Shown here: piece by piece, positions 26,271-32,000 of the stretch
How the letters are laid out: each line of letters opens with the position of its first letter
Numbering within the stretch: the stretch's first letter is position 1
Origin: Candidatus Thorarchaeota archaeon
Lineage (GTDB): Archaea; Asgardarchaeota; Thorarchaeia; Thorarchaeales; Thorarchaeaceae
Assembly (NCBI GenBank): GCA_008080745.1
Contig: SHMX01000003.1
Span: forward strand, 480,001-512,000
DNA: 32,000 bases
Reading direction: 5' to 3'
Position numbers and translations under genes: made by a program
Notes under the pieces: model-generated
What the model was told of the DNA's origin: nothing
Seen by the model: only the letters and a program-made list of their open reading frames with translations
The model's database searches: none

Positions 26271-27584
26271 TTACAATAGTTCATCCAGTAGTTCGAGTAG
26301 CTCAACCACTACAAGCTTTGAGCCAACATCGGAGAGATCCTTTCCAGTTTCCTCCTCTTCCTTCTTCAATGCCTTAATACCATCATTGAAGTTCGTGACA
26401 CAGAAGGGACAACTAGTCATGAGGACCTCGGCACCAGTAGCTGCTGCCTCTTTGAGTCGTTCCTTGGATGCGAACACAGCTAGATCTGGGAATTGTGCCT
26501 TAACACCACCACCAGCACCACAACAGAAGCTATTACCTCTGTTACGATACATTTCTACTAGTTCGAGACCCGGTATGCTATTGAGGACAATTCGTGGAAT
26601 CTCATAGTGAGCCTCCTTTGCCTTCTGAGCCTTTCGACTATCTAAGAGCCAGTTCTTTGAGTCAGCTAAAATCTCCTTCTCGATAGCAATTCCAACATGA
26701 CGGATACTATGACATGGGTCGTGCCAAGTTACTTTCTTTGGGTACTCCTTCTTGATATCGAGCTTGCCTTCTTCCAGTAGGTCGTATGCGTACTCAACTG
26801 CATGGCGAACTTTGAATGGGAGGGGTTCTCCACTATGTGAAGGATAATCGTTTCTGAAGGTCTTGTAACATCCAGCACAACTGAATAGTACCAGATCATA
26901 ATCCTTGAATAGATCCAAATTCTCTTTCATGACCTCTTTGAAAGCATCACGTTGTCCGGTTCTGAGAATGGGAGATCCACAACATACCTCATCGCTTACT
27001 ACTGTAAAATCAACACCCATCTTCTCTAAGATGCTAACAGTGTGATCTGCAATCTGCTGTTGTCGATATGCAGCAGTGCATCCTACATAGTATGCGATCT
27101 TAGCGTCCTTGTCGATAACATCAATGTTATCTCCAAGCCACTTGGTCCGTTCTTCTCGAGGTTCTTTGTATGGGTTTCTTAGCTCTTCGTTCCGTACCCG
27201 CTCTCCGAATATTTTATGTTTGTCGAGGGGTTCAACACCAGCTTCTATAATAGCAGCTCGCAGAGCCTCTGTAACATGTACGGTGTCAATGTAGTTGGGA
27301 CACTGAGTCTCACACATACCACAAGTTGTGCAGGCCTCTGTAACCTCAAGTAGTTCTTTGCTTGCTGGAAGTTCATTATTCAGAAATGCCCTTGCCATCC
27401 ATTGCTTGCCTGAGTTGAAATAACCTTCCCAGCCATAATAAAGTCCAGCAGGACATCCTTGGAGCATTCCAGTGTAGGTCTCGTCTTCACCTTCTCTGTC
27501 AGGCTCTCCTGAATAGGCGTACTGGCACGCACGACAATGAATACACCGTGCATTGATCTTTCGCAGCTCTTCTAGACTTGTCAT
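26271..27584 (-). CDS. (Fe-S)-binding oxidoreductase subunit, GlcF/HdrD-like
   Basis: CIHCRAC...CP and CTTCGMCETQCP ferredoxin motifs; two CCG domains (VGC, VCCGSP, SCAGC; HDPC, FCCGAGGG, SCPFC). Confidence 0.9.
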   Translation of the reverse strand: MTSLEELRKINARCIHCRACQYAYSGEPDREGEDETYTGMLQGCPAGLYYGWEGYFNSGKQWMARAFLNNELPASKELLEVTEACTTCGMCETQCPNYIDTVHVTEALRAAIIEAGVEPLDKHKIFGERVRNEELRNPYKEPREERTKWLGDNIDVIDKDAKIAYYVGCTAAYRQQQIADHTVSILEKMGVDFTVVSDEVCCGSPILRTGQRDAFKEVMKENLDLFKDYDLVLFSCAGCYKTFRNDYPSHSGEPLPFKVRHAVEYAYDLLEEGKLDIKKEYPKKVTWHDPCHSIRHVGIAIEKEILADSKNWLLDSRKAQKAKEAHYEIPRIVLNSIPGLELVEMYRNRGNSFCCGAGGGVKAQFPDLAVFASKERLKEAAATGAEVLMTSCPFCVTNFNDGIKALKKEEEETGKDLSDVGSKLVVVELLELLDELL

Positions 27585-27656
27585 CTCAATCGTTCCTCCA
27601 TTCCATTTCTAGTGTATTTAGTGTTACGCTTGGTAACTTATTCATCCCCCTAGGTT

Positions 27657-29177
27657 TCACTCCTGTAAGGGACTTGGTTCATCACTGACAGATTCCCATG
27701 GAATTGCCAGGCGACCAGGATGCAGGATCAAATTGGGGTCCAGAACCTTTCTGAACTTCACCAGCATCTTGTAGTATTCTTTTGCCTTTGAGAAGGTCTC
27801 CGGAGCATGGACAAAGGTGTCGGGACGATAGTTGATCCAGCCCTTCTTCAAGAAGCTCTTTGTTGTTTCGAGATTGAACTCACGAATCTTATCAAAAATG
27901 CCAGGCTCTGTACTGTCGTAACAGAGAATGGGCATGACAATTGCCTGTCGTGCGTGGTCAATGGACGCAACCCACATGGTTGGTGGGAATCCATAGTTTT
28001 CCATCGCAGTACAATACTCCTCCATCATCTCACCAGACTCAAGCCATGGACAATACCATGTGATGAACAGAAATCCTGCCTGCCAGAGAGAGTATGGGAT
28101 GGCAATCTTGTTTGGTTTCTTCAATCGTGAGGCAACCTGTTTTGGATGAAGGTCCTGCTGAGGTAGAGTCCTTTTCTCTCTGACTTCATAGTCTTTGTAG
28201 ATCTTGTCGATACCCTGAAGGGTCTCATCAAGCTCCTCTTTGGACCAAGCCCAACACTCGTAGTTCATCCATTTCTGGTCTACACCAATCTTCTTGTAAA
28301 ACTCATAATCAACAGGTACATTCTCTTTTGGCCAACGGGTCATAACAAGTTCGTAGTTACCACCTTGAACCATGACAGTTCGTTCAGCTATCCCCATCTC
28401 ATGCTTGGAAATCTCCCAAGCAGGACGGATGATATCATCCCATGTCTCGCCACCATAGGCGACGACTGTCTTGTAATGTGGATGAGGTACCATCTTGATA
28501 GCACATTTTGTGATTATACCCATGGAACCCTGTGAACCGAGAAAGAGACCATCTGGGTTGGGACCAATACCCCATCGATAGAAGGGTTTGGCTCCTGGGA
28601 GCGCCCATGAACCAGTGTGGAAAATCTCACCAGTCGGCAGGACTACCTCCATACCCATGATCATGTCAGCCTGTGGCCCGTATACACCGGTCACAAGTGA
28701 AAAACCTCTCTCGATAGCATCGCCAAGCACTGTTGCAGCTGGAGGGGCACCATCAGGTATGGGAGGGGCCCAATCAGGGTATTTGGTCTTAAAAATTCTC
28801 CATGCGTCACCAGATTTGACACCAGGTTCAACGACCATGACTCGATTCTCCGTGTCGACGGTCATTTTGTCCATCCTTGTCATATCCATGTATATTCCGC
28901 CAGGCTCGATAGCTGGGAGCGCAAAGCCTCCACTGAGGCCTCCGGCAGCAGGTGTTACGGGGCTAAGGTTCTCATTTGCAAGAACGAGTATCTTGGAGAC
29001 CTCTTCTGCATTGGCAGGTCTCACAATACACTCTGGGAGAACAGCTTCATTGCCCATGATACCTCTGGCCATATAGCTGTGACGAAGGGGTTCGCTCGTA
29101 GTGACGTATTGGTCGCCACAAATTGCAACGAGTTTTTTGACCACTTCATCAGTGACTTTGTTGTACATCTGTGTCAC
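27657..29177 (-). CDS. FAD-binding oxidoreductase, VAO/PCMH-GlcD superfamily
   Basis: VRP...EEVSKIL, VEPGV, GMEVVLPTGEI, DGLFLGSQGSMGIITK and LDPNLILHPG. GTG start. Confidence 0.9.
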   Translation of the reverse strand: MTQMYNKVTDEVVKKLVAICGDQYVTTSEPLRHSYMARGIMGNEAVLPECIVRPANAEEVSKILVLANENLSPVTPAAGGLSGGFALPAIEPGGIYMDMTRMDKMTVDTENRVMVVEPGVKSGDAWRIFKTKYPDWAPPIPDGAPPAATVLGDAIERGFSLVTGVYGPQADMIMGMEVVLPTGEIFHTGSWALPGAKPFYRWGIGPNPDGLFLGSQGSMGIITKCAIKMVPHPHYKTVVAYGGETWDDIIRPAWEISKHEMGIAERTVMVQGGNYELVMTRWPKENVPVDYEFYKKIGVDQKWMNYECWAWSKEELDETLQGIDKIYKDYEVREKRTLPQQDLHPKQVASRLKKPNKIAIPYSLWQAGFLFITWYCPWLESGEMMEEYCTAMENYGFPPTMWVASIDHARQAIVMPILCYDSTEPGIFDKIREFNLETTKSFLKKGWINYRPDTFVHAPETFSKAKEYYKMLVKFRKVLDPNLILHPGRLAIPWESVSDEPSPLQE

Positions 29178-29394
29178 TCGATAATCCTCCGTTTTCGACG
29201 GCTAGGTCGAATCGTTAATTGTCGATAGTAAGACGCCGCATATTAATACCGACATAAATAGGCATCGCCTGAATTGAACTATAGTTATGTTCGACTCATT
29301 CTATTGGAGATCAAGTCGTGGGCAAATTGATTTGTAATTACACTAAACAACAGTTACAAAAGCAACATTCAGTATCGATACTTTGGTTGTGCGT

Positions 29395-30384
29395 ATGAAG
29401 ATTGGAATCCATATAGAACCTCATGTTGGCTATTCGTATGACGATATCACGAAGTTGGCACAAGCTGCAGACGAGGCGGGTTTTTACCGCTTTACAGTTT
29501 CCGACCACTTTTTCGGCTATCCAAAGGGCACTGAAAATCAATGCTATGAGGCATGGACTACTATTGCTTTATTGGTACCCCAGACTGAAAATATTCTCCT
29601 AGGTACACAAGTCACATCACAATCCTATAGAAATCCAGCTCTGCTAGCCAAGATTGTTGCCAATTTAGACAATGCGTCCAATGGTAGAATTGACCTAGGA
29701 ATTGGAGCAGGATGGAAGGAAGCTGAATACGATGCCTATGGATATGAATATCCATCAGCAAAGACTAGGATTCTACAGCTCAGAGAAACACTCCAGATAC
29801 TCAAACTGCTTTGGACAGAAGATCGCCCCAGTTTTGAAGGTGACTTTTACAAGATAAAAGATGTCAGATTTCTTCCAAAGCCAGTACAACAACCTCATGT
29901 TCCGATTTGGGTTGGAACTGAAACTCTTGAGGCACCTATGATGGAGGAGACTGCAGCAAGATATGGTGACGGTTTGGATTTTGTCAAAGCAACCCCCGAG
30001 AAATATGTCAGAAAGAAAGAACGAATGAAGAACATGTGTGAAAAGGTTGGACGAGACTTTGATGATATGAAATGGTCGGTAGGCACCATGGCAGTCGTTC
30101 TTGGAGAGGATGAGGACGACTACAGGAACAGAATACAGGCAGTCCTGGATGAAGAATGGATGGAAAAGACGATTCCTGATGAGATGAAATCAAAGTGGAT
30201 TGATACTACTATTGAAAAACACAAACAGCTAGGTGGTCCTCCTGAGGACGTATTAGAGAGATTGACAGCATACAAGGGGATTGTTGATATTGTAAATATT
30301 TGCCTCCCCATTGTTGGAAATATTCGAAAGAATGGACTCGATACAATTCGGATTCTCAAAGAATTAGTAGTGCCAAAGATCTAA
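29395..30384 (+). CDS. LLM-class (probably F420-dependent) oxidoreductase
   Basis: VSDHFF, EAWTT, LGTQVTSQSYRNPALLAK, GIGAGW and PKPVQQPHVPIWVG. ATG 29395; the track starts at 29383. Confidence 0.88.
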   Translation: MKIGIHIEPHVGYSYDDITKLAQAADEAGFYRFTVSDHFFGYPKGTENQCYEAWTTIALLVPQTENILLGTQVTSQSYRNPALLAKIVANLDNASNGRIDLGIGAGWKEAEYDAYGYEYPSAKTRILQLRETLQILKLLWTEDRPSFEGDFYKIKDVRFLPKPVQQPHVPIWVGTETLEAPMMEETAARYGDGLDFVKATPEKYVRKKERMKNMCEKVGRDFDDMKWSVGTMAVVLGEDEDDYRNRIQAVLDEEWMEKTIPDEMKSKWIDTTIEKHKQLGGPPEDVLERLTAYKGIVDIVNICLPIVGNIRKNGLDTIRILKELVVPKI

Positions 30385-30437
30385 GAAAGCTGCTGAAAAT
30401 GAAAGGGTTATATTATACCTAACTTTCAGTTTGAAAC

Positions 30438-32000
30438 ATGAGATTTGCCACCGGTCTTATTATTCTCACAGCAATACTGTTGTGTATGCCACTTCCGATT
30501 CAATCAATGGCTCAAGAAGAATTGACGGAGCATATGATTGCGGAGGACATTATATATTCTACAGATATCGCTTCAGAAGTTTATCATGCTGCTGATCAGA
30601 ACCGATACAGAAATTACTTGCAGGAGCTAACAGCAAACGGTTCACGAAGTTATAGCTCGGATCAAAATGTCCATGCTAGAAACTGGCTGGTTCAGAAATT
30701 TACCGAGCTCACAGAGGGAAAAGCTGAGATTTCTATAGATGGAAATTATGATAATGTAATAGCTCGTTTGCCAGGGACGCTCGGAGATGAAGCACCCTCC
30801 GTAGTTGTTGGAGCTCACTATGACACTGTGTCCTGCGATGGTGCCAATGATGATGGAAGTGGAACGGTTGCACTCTTGGAACTAGCACGAATTCTCTCAC
30901 CCCATACATTTCCAGCAGACATCTACTTTTGTGCATGGAATGCAGAGGAATACGGATTGTTAGGCAGTTATGAGATGGCTCCTGAGTTTTTGTATAATGA
31001 GACTGACATTCTTGTATATTACAACATGGACATGATTTTGTATCCACATCCGGGTCTTCCTGAAGAGGAAAGCGTGTATATGTATTACACAGACACAGGA
31101 ACATCAATCTATCAAGACGCACAGTTATGGGCTGAACAAACTGAGGCTATGAATCAAAATTTCGGTACTAGAATGATACAAGCACAACCACACGGTATGT
31201 GTCCTTATTGGCGTCAGTCAGACCACTACCCGTTCTATACTCAGGGATACAAATCCGTGATTTTCGCTACCGAATCGGGAATCACAGTAGACAATTATCT
31301 TCATACTGAGGAGGATACCGCTGATAACCCAGCATATGACTATGCTGTAGGTACTGAAACAGTAGCTAGTATGGGTGCTGCGATTGCCTTCGGGCTCAGC
31401 AGACCACAGAACCAGATGCTTCACGAGAGATACGACTTCACTCTTGATGGCGGAGAGAGTCGTAAACTACTAGTCTGTGTGACTAAGGATACACAATTCG
31501 ATGTATCAGCAAATGTAAGCGTAGAGCAGGACTATCGAATTGCCTTTACAGATCCTACTGAAGCAGAAATTCTGAATTATAGTAGTTCCTTTCCAACGGG
31601 AGCTACTGTTGATTTCATTTCTACATCAGTAACAGATCTTGGACAATATGAGATTGTAATCACAAATGAAGGTACAACAACCGCAAACATCGAAATTGAA
31701 ATAGTCCATGATGTAGATATAGAAGGTAATGGTATCTCAGATTCTGAGGAAAACTGGGCAAATGGTTTTCATATAGATTCAGATAATGATGAGATACCTG
31801 ATGCACAAGAAGAGATTATTGGAACAAGCCGGTTCAATGCAGATGGAGATGATGATGGGCTTTCTGACTATGAGGAAGTGTACATCTACAGAACTGGACC
31901 AAATACCAACGATACCGACCGGGATGGAATTCCAGACCTCTATGAGATACAAAATGACCTGCACCCTCGACTAGATGATGGAGAGCAGGACCGTGATGGA
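30438..32000 (+). CDS. Secreted M28 family metallopeptidase with a beta domain and TSP3-like Ca-binding repeats; runs off the right edge
   Basis: My translation gives 521 open codons from ATG 30438: signal MRFATGLIILTAILLCMP; GAHYD, GANDDGSG, NAEEYGLLGS, YNMDMI, SDH and LHT; then DSDNDEIPD, DGDDDGLSD and DTDRDGIPD repeats. Missing from the ORF track because there is no stop in the window. Confidence 0.9.
   Translation, partial: MRFATGLIILTAILLCMPLPIQSMAQEELTEHMIAEDIIYSTDIASEVYHAADQNRYRNYLQELTANGSRSYSSDQNVHARNWLVQKFTELTEGKAEISIDGNYDNVIARLPGTLGDEAPSVVVGAHYDTVSCDGANDDGSGTVALLELARILSPHTFPADIYFCAWNAEEYGLLGSYEMAPEFLYNETDILVYYNMDMILYPHPGLPEEESVYMYYTDTGTSIYQDAQLWAEQTEAMNQNFGTRMIQAQPHGMCPYWRQSDHYPFYTQGYKSVIFATESGITVDNYLHTEEDTADNPAYDYAVGTETVASMGAAIAFGLSRPQNQMLHERYDFTLDGGESRKLLVCVTKDTQFDVSANVSVEQDYRIAFTDPTEAEILNYSSSFPTGATVDFISTSVTDLGQYEIVITNEGTTTANIEIEIVHDVDIEGNGISDSEENWANGFHIDSDNDEIPDAQEEIIGTSRFNADGDDDGLSDYEEVYIYRTGPNTNDTDRDGIPDLYEIQNDLHPRLDDGEQDRDG

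Noticed and set aside
539-31974. Many 60-160 aa ORFs antisense to or nested in longer genes (e.g. 2093-2455, 5970-6392, 10793-11122, 12056-12406, 26260-26607, 28588-29076, 30733-31122, 31786-31974)
   Set aside because: They are shadow frames of well-supported genes, with atypical composition and no motifs. The last two lie within the M28 peptidase frame.
1-32000. Mobile elements, CRISPR arrays, tRNA/rRNA, defence or RT systems
   Set aside because: I saw no transposase, integrase, RT or Cas motifs, no regularly spaced direct repeats, and no cloverleaf or rRNA signatures.

Overview
Archaeal chromosomal window with no mobile elements, CRISPR arrays, rRNA or tRNA that I can support. It is probably from an Asgard archaeon, most likely Thorarchaeia. 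That call is inferred from a 7TM-longin fusion, the split archaeal methylmalonyl-CoA mutase cluster, the GAF-PAS kinase style, TATA-like promoters and GAGGTGA RBSs. Housekeeping and metabolic genes: arsR/acr3, RNase HIII, biotin ligase, MFS, threonine aldolase, mce-mcmA1-meaB-mcmA2, GctAB-type CoA transferase, HAD, two DUF998 genes, a histidine kinase, a FAD oxidoreductase with a CCG Fe-S partner, an LLM oxidoreductase and a secreted M28 peptidase. The best leads: (i) a ~280-nt GC-rich, heavily base-paired intergenic element at ~20950-21230 that I cannot assign to a known RNA family; (ii) a 7TM receptor-like protein fused to a longin-like domain; (iii) tandem zinc-ribbon membrane proteins, one ending in a motif resembling the eukaryotic CYSTM module; (iv) a 1550-aa membrane-anchored surface protein with an FG-GAP-like propeller apparently inserted into an Ig domain; (v) twin mini-TPR paralogs flanking the mutase cluster; (vi) an Ntn-hydrolase with Ser where Cys is expected. 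All family calls come from motif recognition by eye; no searches were run.
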